Assembly (NCBI GenBank): GCA_045544635.1
Contig: JAZPZJ010000093.1
Coordinates: forward strand, 2,632 to 66,631
Reading direction: 5' to 3'
DNA from: Oscillospiraceae bacterium
GTDB lineage: Bacteria; Bacillota; Clostridia; Oscillospirales; Ruminococcaceae
DNA: 64,000 nt
The notes below the pieces were generated by a model. It searched no databases. It had not been told where the DNA came from and saw only the letters and a list, made by a program, of their open reading frames with translations. Made by a program: the position numbers and the translations under genes. Shown piece by piece: positions 54,867-64,000 of the stretch; the stretch's first letter is position 1, and each line of letters begins with the position of its first letter.

Positions 54867-55613
54867 ATGCCGAGAAAAGAAACGACGATTTCCGAAAAGG
54901 AAAATATGATTATCGGACGTAATCCTGTTCGTGAGGCACTGCTGAGCGGACAGGCGATTGATACAGTATATGTCAGCGGCGGCGCAGGCTTGCATGAAAT
55001 CCGCACGCTTGCACAGGAAAAGGGCGCTGTGGTGAAAACTGTCAGTGACCAGAAGCTTTCTCAGATGACCGAGGGTGTGCATCAGGGCGTGATTGCGTTC
55101 GGTGCATGTGCTGCCTATGTGACAGTGGAAGATCTGCTGGAGGTATCTGCAAAGAAGGGAACAGCACCGTTCATCATCATCTGCGATGAGATCGAGGATC
55201 CCCATAATCTGGGGGCCATCATCCGGACGGCGGAAACTGCCGGTGCGGACGGGATCATTATCCCGAAGCGCCGCAGTGCCATGCTGACCCCCACCGTACA
55301 TAAGACCTCCGCCGGTGCGGCAAGCTGGCTGCCCGTTGCGAGAGTCTCAAACCTTGCAGCTGCCATTGAAAAGCTCAAGAAAGCGGGTGTCTGGATCTAT
55401 GGTACGGATATGGACGGTACGCTCTATACGCAGACAAGCTTTGATGGTGCCGTGGCATTGGTCATCGGTTCAGAGGGATTCGGCATGAGCCGCCTGATCC
55501 GTGAAAAGTGCGATTTCCTTGTCAAGCTTCCGATGCTGGGAAAGATCACATCCCTGAATGCGTCGGTTGCAGCAGGAATTTTCATGTATGAAGTGGTACG
55601 GCAGAGAGGATAG
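54867..55613 (+). CDS. rlmB: 23S rRNA (guanosine-2'-O)-methyltransferase, TrmH/SpoU family
   Basis: 248 aa: IIGRNPVREAL (SpoU_sub_bind), DEIEDPHNLGAIIRTAE, LNASVAAGI. Confidence 0.88.
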   Translation: MPRKETTISEKENMIIGRNPVREALLSGQAIDTVYVSGGAGLHEIRTLAQEKGAVVKTVSDQKLSQMTEGVHQGVIAFGACAAYVTVEDLLEVSAKKGTAPFIIICDEIEDPHNLGAIIRTAETAGADGIIIPKRRSAMLTPTVHKTSAGAASWLPVARVSNLAAAIEKLKKAGVWIYGTDMDGTLYTQTSFDGAVALVIGSEGFGMSRLIREKCDFLVKLPMLGKITSLNASVAAGIFMYEVVRQRG

Positions 55614-55627
55614 GAGTACATAGAACA

Positions 55628-58147
55628 ATGGGAAAGCAAAACATGACGCTGGAGGAGATCCTCAAGGAATACTCCCCCGATGCTGCCGGAACACAGAAAG
55701 ATGCGGCGGCGTCCAATGGAAAAACTGCACCGACCCTGACTGCCGAGGCACAGGAAACGGTGTCCGAACTGATGGAACAGCAGCAGTATAAAGACGCCTT
55801 TGCACAGGCGGAGGCACAGCGGAAGGCACAGCCGCATTATGCGAGCCGCCGTCCCCCGATGGAGCTGAACCGTACCAAGGTCTCCTTCATCCAGTCTGCA
55901 GCAATGGAATCGGATTCGATGCCCATGCGTGTGAACCTGCCCACGGGCAATGCCCGCACCATGCAGGAGCAGAAAGCAGCAGAGCCGGTGGTGAATGATA
56001 CCCCCAAGATCCGCCGCATGAGCGATTCCACCCGTGCAAGGGAAATCGAAAAACGCAAAAAGCGCAAGAACCGGGCACGTTCCGAGGAAGAATTCTATAC
56101 TTATGAAAAGGAACGTCCGGACGGCGAGTATCTCTACACCCAGATCCACGGTGCCAAGCGTGCACGCAACCGCAAAAAGGTGACGGAGCGTGATATCACC
56201 GCAGTGGGTACTGAGACACTCCATCTGAATACGATCGACATTGTTTCCGTGGCACAGAAGCCACGTCCCGAACCGGTACAGCCGGCGGATATCCCGCCCG
56301 CACCGAGAGCAGAAAAAACCAGCATCAACCTTGGTGCCGGCAGTCTGCAGAATGCGGCGGATCTGGATATCAGCATCAGCGTAACGCCCGAAGAGGCGGA
56401 AGCGGAGGCTAGACGCATCGAGCTGCTCAATCACAAAATGGAGATGGAGGATGTCTCCGATATCCGCAGTGATATCGACGAGCTGCGCAATGCCATTTCC
56501 TTCCGTGTGATGGCGCTGACACTGGTGCTGCTCATCAGCGGTTATCTTTCCGTGGGTGAAATGTTCTCCGTGACTTGGATTGAAAATCTTTCTGCAGGCA
56601 TGTTTGCCACGCTGCAGACCTTGCTCGGCTTTGCGGCAGGCGTGGTCTGCTTTCCCGTGCTGAAAAACGGACTCAGACGTCTGCTGACGCTCCGTGCAGA
56701 TACGGACAGCCTTGCGGCGGTGTCTCTGCTTGGCTGCGAAGCGGCTTCCGTTGCCGCTTTGTTCAACCCCGAGGTGATCGCTGGGGGTGCAGTGCAGCTT
56801 TACATGCCCTGTGCGGTATTGGTGCTGCTGCTCCATTCCATCGGCAAGCTCCTGATCGTCAGCCGTGAGGAGACCAACCTGCGTCTGGCAGCAAAGAAAT
56901 TCGATTGCTACGGTCTGACCGTGGTGGAGCATGAACAGCGTGCCGAAGCAATGACCCGTGGTGTGCTGGGGGATTTCCCGATTCTTGCCACCATGCGCCA
57001 TACCGATTCCCTCGCGGATTTCCGCAAGTATACCTATTCCGCCGATCTGGCAGACCGCTTCTGCCGTCCTGTGGCACCGCTGAGCCTGCTGCTTGCAGTG
57101 CTTGCGGCGGTCGTGATGACCCTGCTCAAGGCGGAGAGCGCTGCCTATGGACTGATGCTGTTCTCCATGCTGTCCTCCGCATGCGGCTGCGCAGCCATCA
57201 CCTTTGTGGTGAATCTGCCGCTGTATAAGGCGACTAAGCGCATGTCGAAGAACGGTGCGCTCATGCTGGGTTATCAGAGTGTGGACGATTTCTATGATGT
57301 CAATTCCATCATGCTGGATGCGTCTGCGATGTTCCCCGATGGTTCTGTGAAGCTTTCGGGTGTGAAGGTGTTCTCCGACATTAAGGTGGATGAGACGCTG
57401 CTGGCAGCTGCAAGTCTTTCCAGACATGCAGGAAGCGTGTTCAGCAGCATTTTCAAGGAAGTGCTCGCAGGTAAGGAGCAGAAGCTCTATCCTGTGGAGA
57501 ACTATGTCTATGAGGATTCCATGGGTCTGTGCGGCTGGATCAACAACCAGCGTGTGCTGCTGGGCAACCGTGAGCTGATGGTCAGTCACAATATCGAGGG
57601 TATGCCCTCCAGAGGCAAAGAAGCAGAGCTGCTCGGCAGCGGCAAGGAAGCGGTGTATCTCTCCGTTTCGGGTAATCTGTCCGCCATGTTTCTCGTTGAA
57701 CTGACAGCGGATAAGCAGGTCAAGTACTGGGCACAGCAGACCATCCGCAACAATATCTGCATCCTGCTGCACAGCGTGGATGCGATGATCACATTGCACG
57801 GTATTTCCGAATTGTTCGATATTCCGCAGGAAATGGTAAAAATCATTCCGTCCAAGATGGATCAGGAATATTATGAGGAAACGGCTTCGCAGGAGAATAT
57901 GAGCGCTTCGATGGCATGCACCGGCACCTTCTGCAGCATGGCGCAGCTGATCATCGGCACCAAGCTCATTCGCCGTGTCGCAACCTTTGGTATTATTATT
58001 CAGGCGGTATTCCTCCTGCTCGGCATTGGTCTGATCCTGCTCGAGGAGCTGCTCCATGTCGGTATGACGCCGGTATGGCTGATGGCTCTGCAGACAGCCG
58101 CAGCATTGCTGACGCTTCTTTCCGTGAATATCCGACGTATTTGCTAA
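55628..58147 (+). CDS. P1B-type ATPase homologue with degenerate catalytic motifs and a long basic N-terminal extension
   Basis: 839 aa, colinear by eye with CopA-type pumps (RADTDSLAAVSLLG; SACGCAAITF in the CPC position; VLLGNRELMVSHNIEG). DKTGT is replaced by DASAM (D codon 57317-57319). No TGES is seen. TGDN becomes HSVDA. GDGxND is absent. Confidence 0.65.
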   Translation: MGKQNMTLEEILKEYSPDAAGTQKDAAASNGKTAPTLTAEAQETVSELMEQQQYKDAFAQAEAQRKAQPHYASRRPPMELNRTKVSFIQSAAMESDSMPMRVNLPTGNARTMQEQKAAEPVVNDTPKIRRMSDSTRAREIEKRKKRKNRARSEEEFYTYEKERPDGEYLYTQIHGAKRARNRKKVTERDITAVGTETLHLNTIDIVSVAQKPRPEPVQPADIPPAPRAEKTSINLGAGSLQNAADLDISISVTPEEAEAEARRIELLNHKMEMEDVSDIRSDIDELRNAISFRVMALTLVLLISGYLSVGEMFSVTWIENLSAGMFATLQTLLGFAAGVVCFPVLKNGLRRLLTLRADTDSLAAVSLLGCEAASVAALFNPEVIAGGAVQLYMPCAVLVLLLHSIGKLLIVSREETNLRLAAKKFDCYGLTVVEHEQRAEAMTRGVLGDFPILATMRHTDSLADFRKYTYSADLADRFCRPVAPLSLLLAVLAAVVMTLLKAESAAYGLMLFSMLSSACGCAAITFVVNLPLYKATKRMSKNGALMLGYQSVDDFYDVNSIMLDASAMFPDGSVKLSGVKVFSDIKVDETLLAAASLSRHAGSVFSSIFKEVLAGKEQKLYPVENYVYEDSMGLCGWINNQRVLLGNRELMVSHNIEGMPSRGKEAELLGSGKEAVYLSVSGNLSAMFLVELTADKQVKYWAQQTIRNNICILLHSVDAMITLHGISELFDIPQEMVKIIPSKMDQEYYEETASQENMSASMACTGTFCSMAQLIIGTKLIRRVATFGIIIQAVFLLLGIGLILLEELLHVGMTPVWLMALQTAAALLTLLSVNIRRIC

Positions 58148-58240
58148 GACAGCACCGCACAAAGACCGCCTGACGAACAATCTGACTACGCAATACACGC
58201 ACCTTCTCTATGCGTGATTGCCTTTAGAAAGAGGTAATCC

Positions 58241-59620
58241 ATGGCAGATTCTCCGAACCGCAGCCAAAGCAGCGGCTCTGATTTACCAAGACCCAAGAAC
58301 CACCAGCCGGGGAAAACTCCGGTACAGCGGCAGCAGCCCCGCAGAAACTACAGCAGCGATACGATGCAGTTTACGGCACCGCCGTTTTCAGAAGAGGATA
58401 TGTCCTATCCGCAGCAGCGTCCTGTGCAATCGGACAGACCCCGGCAGAACCGTCCGCCGCAGCGCCCTGTGCAATCGGACAGACCGCAGAATCGTCCGCC
58501 GCAGCGTTCCGCACAATCGGACAGACCCCGGCAGAGCCGTCCGCCGCAGCGTCCTGCGCAATCGGACAGACCGCATCAGAACCGTCCGCCGCAGCGCCCT
58601 GCACAATCCGGCAGACCACCGCAGCGGCATGCGGCACCGCCGCCTCCGCCGAAGAAGAAACGACGCAGAAAAACGAGCTTGCTTGGACGTGTGCTGCGAG
58701 GGATTGCGGCACTGGCAGCAGGCGTGTTCCTGCTCTATTCCGCTGTGGCGCTTTTGCTGATCGGACGACTGGAAAAGCTTCCGAAAGCCGACCGAACCGT
58801 GACAAGCGGTGCGCTGGAGGAATCCTATGTGCGCAGCATCCTGCTCATCGGCACCGATGCTAGGGATGTGACGACGGAAAAGGGGCGTTCGGATTCCATG
58901 ATCCTGGTATCCCTCAACAGCAGAACGGATACCATGTACCTGACCTCCTTCATGCGGGATGCCTATGTGGAAATTCCGGGGCATGGCAATGCAAAGCTCA
59001 ATGCGGCGTATTCGTTTGGCGGCGCAGAGCTTCTGATGGACACGCTGGAGCTGAATTATGGGGTCAGCATTGATGATTATCTGTGTGTGAGCTTTGTTGG
59101 ATTTGCCGGCGTGATCGACGCCTTCGGCGGCGTGGAAATTACCCTGAGCGAATCCGAAGCCAAGGCAGTCAATGATATTCTCCTGAGCGAGGTCAACGAG
59201 CTGATGGGGGATGCACCGGACTCCGATTTCCTGCAGGGCGGCGGCACCTATGTGCTCGACGGCAAGCAGGCGCTGTCCTACAGCCGTATCCGCTATGTCG
59301 GTAATGCCGATTTTGAGCGTACCTCCCGTCAGCGTGAGGTCATGACGCAGCTGTTTGCCAACCTGAAAACACGGGCTGCAACAGCAGTGCCGAAGCTGAT
59401 CTCCTCCGCACTGCCCCATGTGGGGACAAATATGTCCACCAGGGAGCTGTACTTCCTCTCCCTGCGTGCACCTTCTGCACTCGGCTATGAGATCGAACAG
59501 ATCCAGATCCCGGCGGACGGCACCTGGAGCGGTCAGACCGTGGACGGGCAATCCGTGCTGGTCGTGGACTTTGCACAGAACACAGCACTTCTGCAGGACA
59601 CTGTCTATGCAGCAGAATAA
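58241..59620 (+). CDS. LytR-CpsA-Psr (LCP) family glycopolymer transferase with repetitive Pro/Gln/Arg-rich cytoplasmic N-terminus
   Basis: SILLIGTDAR...GRSDSMILVS...NAAYSFGG...GFAGVIDAFGGVEI. One TM after the repeat region. Confidence 0.88.
   Translation: MADSPNRSQSSGSDLPRPKNHQPGKTPVQRQQPRRNYSSDTMQFTAPPFSEEDMSYPQQRPVQSDRPRQNRPPQRPVQSDRPQNRPPQRSAQSDRPRQSRPPQRPAQSDRPHQNRPPQRPAQSGRPPQRHAAPPPPPKKKRRRKTSLLGRVLRGIAALAAGVFLLYSAVALLLIGRLEKLPKADRTVTSGALEESYVRSILLIGTDARDVTTEKGRSDSMILVSLNSRTDTMYLTSFMRDAYVEIPGHGNAKLNAAYSFGGAELLMDTLELNYGVSIDDYLCVSFVGFAGVIDAFGGVEITLSESEAKAVNDILLSEVNELMGDAPDSDFLQGGGTYVLDGKQALSYSRIRYVGNADFERTSRQREVMTQLFANLKTRAATAVPKLISSALPHVGTNMSTRELYFLSLRAPSALGYEIEQIQIPADGTWSGQTVDGQSVLVVDFAQNTALLQDTVYAAE
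58409..58630 (+). repeat. in-frame 42-45-bp tandem repeat, about 5 units (RPPQRPxQSDRPxQN)
   Basis: CGTCCGCCGCAGCG recurs at 58451, 58493, 58538 and 58583 (spacings of 42, 45 and 45 nt). Confidence 0.85.
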
Positions 59621-59694
59621 ATGAACGGATGGGGGACCGCCGCCGGTACGGGCGGGGGGCCTCTTGTATTGTCCGAAGTAGAAAAGGAGAGCCT

Positions 59695-60300
59695 ATGCGA
59701 ATTTTGATGGCAGTCACAGCGATGCTGTGCGCTTTTTGTATAACCGCATGCAGCAGCGGAAAAGCCGATGATTCCATAACAGAAGAAACAGCGGCATCCG
59801 AAACGGCGCAGGTGCACCCAACCGAAACCATACCGGCTCCGACTGTACCGCCATTGCCACCGGCGGAGCGTGTGCAGGATGCGGATGCAGCGCAGCATCT
59901 TTTCGATGAATGCAGCGTGCTGAAAGAAACGGCTGCACTCGAGGAAACCGCAGCAGCGCTTGCGGAACAGTATGGGATCCGGATTGCTGTGGTGATCACG
60001 CAGGAGCTTTGCGGGCTGTCACCGGATGCATTCGCAGCGGAATATTACCATGCGCTCCATGGTAACGAAAATTCAGGCTTTCTGGTGCTCATCAATAATG
60101 AAACCAACCGGGATACCGTATATACCGCCGGCACCTGTGCACAGTTTGTGACACAGCCGGAAATTGCCCTTGCCATTGCGCAGGCAACGCCCTTCCTTGC
60201 GGAGGGGGAGTATGACACCGCAGTTAAACGGCTTTTGCAGCTCGGGGAATGCATGGCGCAGGCGCCCGATGCGGAGCCGACAGAAACAGACCATACATAA
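59695..60300 (+). CDS. TPM-domain-like lipoprotein
   Basis: ATG 59695 after AAGGAGA. Lipobox FCITACSS. ...YGIRIAVVITQEL...GFLVLINNETNRDTVYTAG resembles the TPM (DUF477) pattern. Confidence 0.55.
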   Translation: MRILMAVTAMLCAFCITACSSGKADDSITEETAASETAQVHPTETIPAPTVPPLPPAERVQDADAAQHLFDECSVLKETAALEETAAALAEQYGIRIAVVITQELCGLSPDAFAAEYYHALHGNENSGFLVLINNETNRDTVYTAGTCAQFVTQPEIALAIAQATPFLAEGEYDTAVKRLLQLGECMAQAPDAEPTETDHT

Positions 60301-60313
60301 TGGAGGGATCACA

Positions 60314-61258
60314 ATGCAGAAAGATGTCAGAAGCATATTAGACAGTGCCGCAAAGGTCATTGTCGGGAAGGATGAAACCATATTACAGGCAGTTACCGCT
60401 ATGCTCTGCGGCGGTCATGTCCTGCTTGAGGACGTGCCCGGTGTGGGAAAGACCCAGCTTGCCGCAGCGCTTTCCAAGTCCGTCGGCGGTGTGTTCAACA
60501 GAATCCAGCTCACCCCCGACATCATGCCGTCCGATATCACGGGTTATTCCGTGGTCAATCAGGCGGATGGTACGCTTGAATACCGTGAGGGTGCTGCGAT
60601 CTGTAATTTCCTCTTAGCCGATGAGATCAACCGTGCTTCCCCCAAGGTGCAGTCCGCACTGCTCGAAATCATGGAGGAGCATCAGATCAGTCTGGATGGG
60701 CAGACCCATGTGCTTCCCGAGCCCTTCATGGTCATTGCCACGCAGAATCCCGTGGAAACCTATGGTACTTATCACCTGCCCGAAGCACAGATGGATCGTT
60801 TCTTTATGAAGATCTCCATGGGCTATCCCACCCTGCAGGAGGAATTTGCCATCCTCGACCGCAACGGTGAGAAGAATCCCATTTCCAATATCACAGAGCC
60901 CGTCGTGGCCACTGCGCAGGTATGCGAACTGCAGCGGCAGGTGACGGAGGTGCGTGTCTCGGATGCGGTCAAGTCGTACATTCTTGCGATTGTCCGTGCG
61001 ACTCGTGAAAGTGATCTGACGACGCTCGGCGTCAGCCCGAGAGGCAGTATCGCCTGCTTTAAGGCGGTGCGTGCGTCCGCATTTGTGCACGGCAGAAGCT
61101 TTGCGACCCCCGATGATGTGAAGGCGCTGGCAATTCCGGTGCTGGCACACCGTATTCTCCTGTCCCCGAAGGGACGCAACAGTCTGGGCAGCCCCGAGGC
61201 ACTGGTTCAGCAGCTGCTGGATACCATTCCCGTGCCGTCGGATGCCGCAGCACGCTGA
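60314..61258 (+). CDS. MoxR-family AAA+ ATPase
   Basis: ATG 60314 after GGAGGG. LLEDVPGVGKTQLA (Walker A), LLADEINRASPKVQSALLEIMEE (Walker B region). Confidence 0.92.
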   Translation: MQKDVRSILDSAAKVIVGKDETILQAVTAMLCGGHVLLEDVPGVGKTQLAAALSKSVGGVFNRIQLTPDIMPSDITGYSVVNQADGTLEYREGAAICNFLLADEINRASPKVQSALLEIMEEHQISLDGQTHVLPEPFMVIATQNPVETYGTYHLPEAQMDRFFMKISMGYPTLQEEFAILDRNGEKNPISNITEPVVATAQVCELQRQVTEVRVSDAVKSYILAIVRATRESDLTTLGVSPRGSIACFKAVRASAFVHGRSFATPDDVKALAIPVLAHRILLSPKGRNSLGSPEALVQQLLDTIPVPSDAAAR

Positions 61259-61262
61259 TGCA

Positions 61263-62462
61263 ATGAAGGCGTTTATGAAAAAGCTGTCGGCAATCGTTTC
61301 GCTTTGCAAGCTGATTGCGGCGCTTCTGATGATGTTTGCCATGGCGTATGTGTTCACCGCCTATCTTGACGGTGACATTGGCGTGGTAATCTGGAGCTTT
61401 TTGCTCATTGCACCGTTTTTGTCGTTTCTGCTGACATTTCTGTGCCGGAAGCAGGTACATGTGCAGCTTTCCGCACCGGCGTATGTTGCCAAGGGCAGGC
61501 GTTTTGCGGCCAATATCCGTCTCCGTGCAGACGGCAGACTTCCGGTACCGTTCCTGCGGCTGCAGTGCAGTCCGGAGGCTGCATTCCTGTCCGACGACGA
61601 CCGTACTGTGCAGACAGCGCTGATGCCGCAGCAGGAACAGGAAATTCCGTATATGATGACCGCTGCCTATGCCGGCTGCGGTGAAATTGCACTTACTGCC
61701 GTGCGTGTCACGGATTATCTCGGGCTGATCAGCTTTTCGCAGACATTGCCCGCACCTGTCAAGGTGGGCGTGATCCCCGAGATTCCATCCCTGACCAACG
61801 CCGGACTGATGCTGCATGCTGTCAGTGATGTGGTCATGACGCAGGATGACGAGGAGGAGGAATCCTCCGCTGCATTTTCTGCGGTGTCCATGCCGGGGTA
61901 TGTGCATCGTGATTATGTCCCCGGCGATAATCTTCGCCGCATTAACTGGAAGCTTTCTGCCAAGCGTAACCGTCTGATGGTGCGCATGGATGAGGCGGCG
62001 GCAACGGTTCGCCCATCCGTGATGCTGGATCTGTCCAAAGCGGATACGGCACCTGCACTGCGGATGCGTGAGACCCTCATGGAAGGGGCGCTCGGTTTTC
62101 TGATGCTGCTCGTGCGGCAGGGGATCGCCTGCAGCCTTCGCTTTGCAGCGGAGGGCAGCTGGAAATGCCTTGTGCTCGAGAATGAAGAGGCTGTCCGTAC
62201 AGCAGCAGTGGAGCTTGCAATGGCGGATTTTGTCCATGATGGCTGCCGTCTGGATCGCAGTGCGCTGTCAGAGAAAACGGGCGCATACCTGATCTATACC
62301 GCAAATCCCGATGCGGAGCTTGCGGCGGCAGCAGCGGATTTCCGCAATCAGGGCGATCTGTATGCTGTGATCCCCCAGTCCCTGCAGGAGACGGCACTTC
62401 CGTCCATGCATGCGGTCTGGACGCTGTCGGATGATTTCACCATGACAGCGGTGCAGAAGTGA
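61263..62462 (+). CDS. DUF58-family protein (MoxR partner)
   Basis: N-terminal TM pair. HRDYVPGDNLRRINWKLSAKRNRLMVR is the DUF58 signature. Confidence 0.85.
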   Translation: MKAFMKKLSAIVSLCKLIAALLMMFAMAYVFTAYLDGDIGVVIWSFLLIAPFLSFLLTFLCRKQVHVQLSAPAYVAKGRRFAANIRLRADGRLPVPFLRLQCSPEAAFLSDDDRTVQTALMPQQEQEIPYMMTAAYAGCGEIALTAVRVTDYLGLISFSQTLPAPVKVGVIPEIPSLTNAGLMLHAVSDVVMTQDDEEEESSAAFSAVSMPGYVHRDYVPGDNLRRINWKLSAKRNRLMVRMDEAAATVRPSVMLDLSKADTAPALRMRETLMEGALGFLMLLVRQGIACSLRFAAEGSWKCLVLENEEAVRTAAVELAMADFVHDGCRLDRSALSEKTGAYLIYTANPDAELAAAAADFRNQGDLYAVIPQSLQETALPSMHAVWTLSDDFTMTAVQK

Positions 62463-62472
62463 GGTGGCTGTG

Positions 62473-64000
62473 ATGTGGAAGAAGCTTCAAGAAGCTGCGC
62501 AGCATCCTGCGGTGCAGTTTGTCAAAAAAATCTGCGGTGATCCCGTACAGCTCTATATCGTGCTGCTCATGACCAGCATCATGCAGTACTACCACAGCGG
62601 TCTGAACTGGCTGTATACCATCATTACCGTATTCCTGAGCTATGCCGTGCTCCGGTTCTATGACTTTGTTGCAAAGCACCGGTTTATCGGACCTTTGGTC
62701 TATCTGGCATATCTCTTCCTCGGGCTGTGCGGTGTCTCGCTTATGACAACGCAGGGCATGGCAGCATACCCGATCTCGTTCGGTGTCTGGTTCCTGACGC
62801 CCCAGAGCGTTGTGGATTTCAGCATCTGGTATACACTTGCCATTTATTTGCTGATGCTGGGATTTCTCAGCAGTGCGGTGTATTATTTTGCCAAGGTGCG
62901 CTATCGCATGGTGATGCAGTTCCTGATCATGCTCATTCCCTTGAGCTTGTACGCAAAGGAAGGTATCCAGATGCCGGCACTGCTGGTCATTGTTCTGCTT
63001 TCGTCCTATTTCCTGCTGATGGTCTATTGTCGTCAGCTTCGTGAGGACGGTCATGTCCGCCGTCTGCACAGTCTGCAGGGGAGTATGTCCGTTGCCTGCT
63101 ATGTACTGGCATTCAGTATTCTGGCGGCGGTTGTCCCGAAGCCGAAGGTTGAGGCAGACCGAACCTTCATCGAGAACGCCATGTCCTATAGTGCACTTTC
63201 CGACATCCTGATGGACGCCATCGGCATGTTTACCGAGAGCACGGACAACAGCGTGTCACTGAGCAATACCCAGCGGACGGTGTATTTCCTGAATTCGCCG
63301 GAGCCGCTGCGTCTGCGCACGCAGAGTTTTTCCTTTTATCTGGAGGATGATTCGTGGAATACGGTCGAGGAATATGACCTGCCTTCCGAGAACTTTTCTT
63401 CACTGACGCTCTATCAGCCACGGGCACTTTTGCAGGCGATCCTTGATGCCGCTGCAGCAGATGCGGATTTTGCCGCAGAGTACGGACTGACACCGTTCAT
63501 CGGCACAACGCTCCCCGAACAGGAGAGCAGGATGCTGCTGATCGTGCCGAATTTCAGCGGCGGACGAATGCTGCCGGCACCGACACGCTTTGAAACCTTT
63601 TCGAAAACCAACAATGCACTGGTTTCGGCGCATGGCGCATTTACGCCCATTACCGGTGGTTATTCCCGTTATGAGCAGCTGTACATGACGTTCTATTCCG
63701 AGACCTATGCACATGACAGCCGCATCTGCAGTGTGCTCGGTGCACTGCATGCGGATACCTACAGCTCGCTCCTGCAGGAGGCGGCTGCCATTCTTGCGGA
63801 ACGTGATCCCGAAGCGGCAGCACTTCTGACGGAGTGCCATGCGGAGCAGGCGGATGCCATGGCGTATCTGCAGCGCTGCAAGGCGCAGGATTTCCAGTCG
63901 GATGTGATTGATGCGCTGGCAGCCGAGATCACTGCAGGACTTGATTCCGATTACGAAAAAGCAAAGGCGATCGAGCAGTATTTCCAGCAGACGGGCTTCC
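62473..64000 (+). CDS. polytopic membrane protein, probably the transglutaminase-domain third member of the MoxR/DUF58 module (partial; continues beyond window)
   Basis: Absent from the ORF track because there is no stop. Hand translation from ATG 62473 (after GAGGTGG) reads MWKKLQEAAQHPAVQFVKKICGDPVQLYIVLLMTSIMQYYH... and stays open to 64000. Several N-terminal TM helices are present. The transglutaminase core itself was not seen within the window. Confidence 0.55.
   Translation, partial: MWKKLQEAAQHPAVQFVKKICGDPVQLYIVLLMTSIMQYYHSGLNWLYTIITVFLSYAVLRFYDFVAKHRFIGPLVYLAYLFLGLCGVSLMTTQGMAAYPISFGVWFLTPQSVVDFSIWYTLAIYLLMLGFLSSAVYYFAKVRYRMVMQFLIMLIPLSLYAKEGIQMPALLVIVLLSSYFLLMVYCRQLREDGHVRRLHSLQGSMSVACYVLAFSILAAVVPKPKVEADRTFIENAMSYSALSDILMDAIGMFTESTDNSVSLSNTQRTVYFLNSPEPLRLRTQSFSFYLEDDSWNTVEEYDLPSENFSSLTLYQPRALLQAILDAAAADADFAAEYGLTPFIGTTLPEQESRMLLIVPNFSGGRMLPAPTRFETFSKTNNALVSAHGAFTPITGGYSRYEQLYMTFYSETYAHDSRICSVLGALHADTYSSLLQEAAAILAERDPEAAALLTECHAEQADAMAYLQRCKAQDFQSDVIDALAAEITAGLDSDYEKAKAIEQYFQQTGF

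Noticed and set aside
55424-58198. 924-aa minus-strand ORF.
   Set aside because: It is a shadow of the P-type ATPase-like gene. It has a low-complexity Cys/His/Arg composition, and the plus strand shows clear pump colinearity.
1-64000. Searched the ORF translations for integrases, transposases, phage structural genes, toxin-antitoxin pairs, restriction-modification genes and cas genes.
   Set aside because: None were recognised. Apart from the MITE-like repeats and the giant helicase, the window reads as ordinary chromosome.

Overview
Chromosomal window with about 45 protein-coding genes. I recognised no rRNA, tRNA, CRISPR array, transposase or integrase. The source looks like a moderately GC-rich Clostridia-class Firmicute. 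A dockerin-bearing GH9-CBM3 cellulase, a dockerin-bearing SGNH esterase, GH26, GH95 and Thr/Pro linkers point to a cellulosome-producing Ruminococcus-like organism; I cannot verify a species here. Content in order: (1) galK-galE. (2) A CoA salvage operon with two tandem coaX paralogues. (3) A 12-kb type IV pilus machinery cluster: pilC, a pilM/N-like fusion, a pilO-like gene, an ~890-aa PilX-N-like protein, two minor pilins, pilD, pilB and pilT. (4) aroB-aroC-DUF4364. (5) The esterase. (6) A VTC / DUF4956 / beta-helix lipoprotein triad. (7) An orphan promoter-terminator unit (candidate sRNA or antisense pair). (8) An RHH-clpB operon. (9) GH95 and GH26. (10) An ~8-kb segment bracketed by inverted copies of a ~200-bp MITE-like element, holding AIM24, a TPR protein, an 876-aa repeat-rich disordered protein, a flavin reductase and GH9. 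(11) DUF1292. (12) A stand-alone 1,931-aa protein combining transglutaminase-like, DUF4011, SF1 helicase, degenerate nuclease and DUF3320 parts; this is my best candidate for an uncharacterised defence-like system. (13) An orphan peptide-binding SBP, two pilin genes, a DHHW protein and rlmB. (14) A catalytically degenerate P-type ATPase homologue, an LCP protein and a TPM-MoxR-DUF58-membrane protein module. All calls rest on by-eye motif recognition and hand translation; no searches were run.
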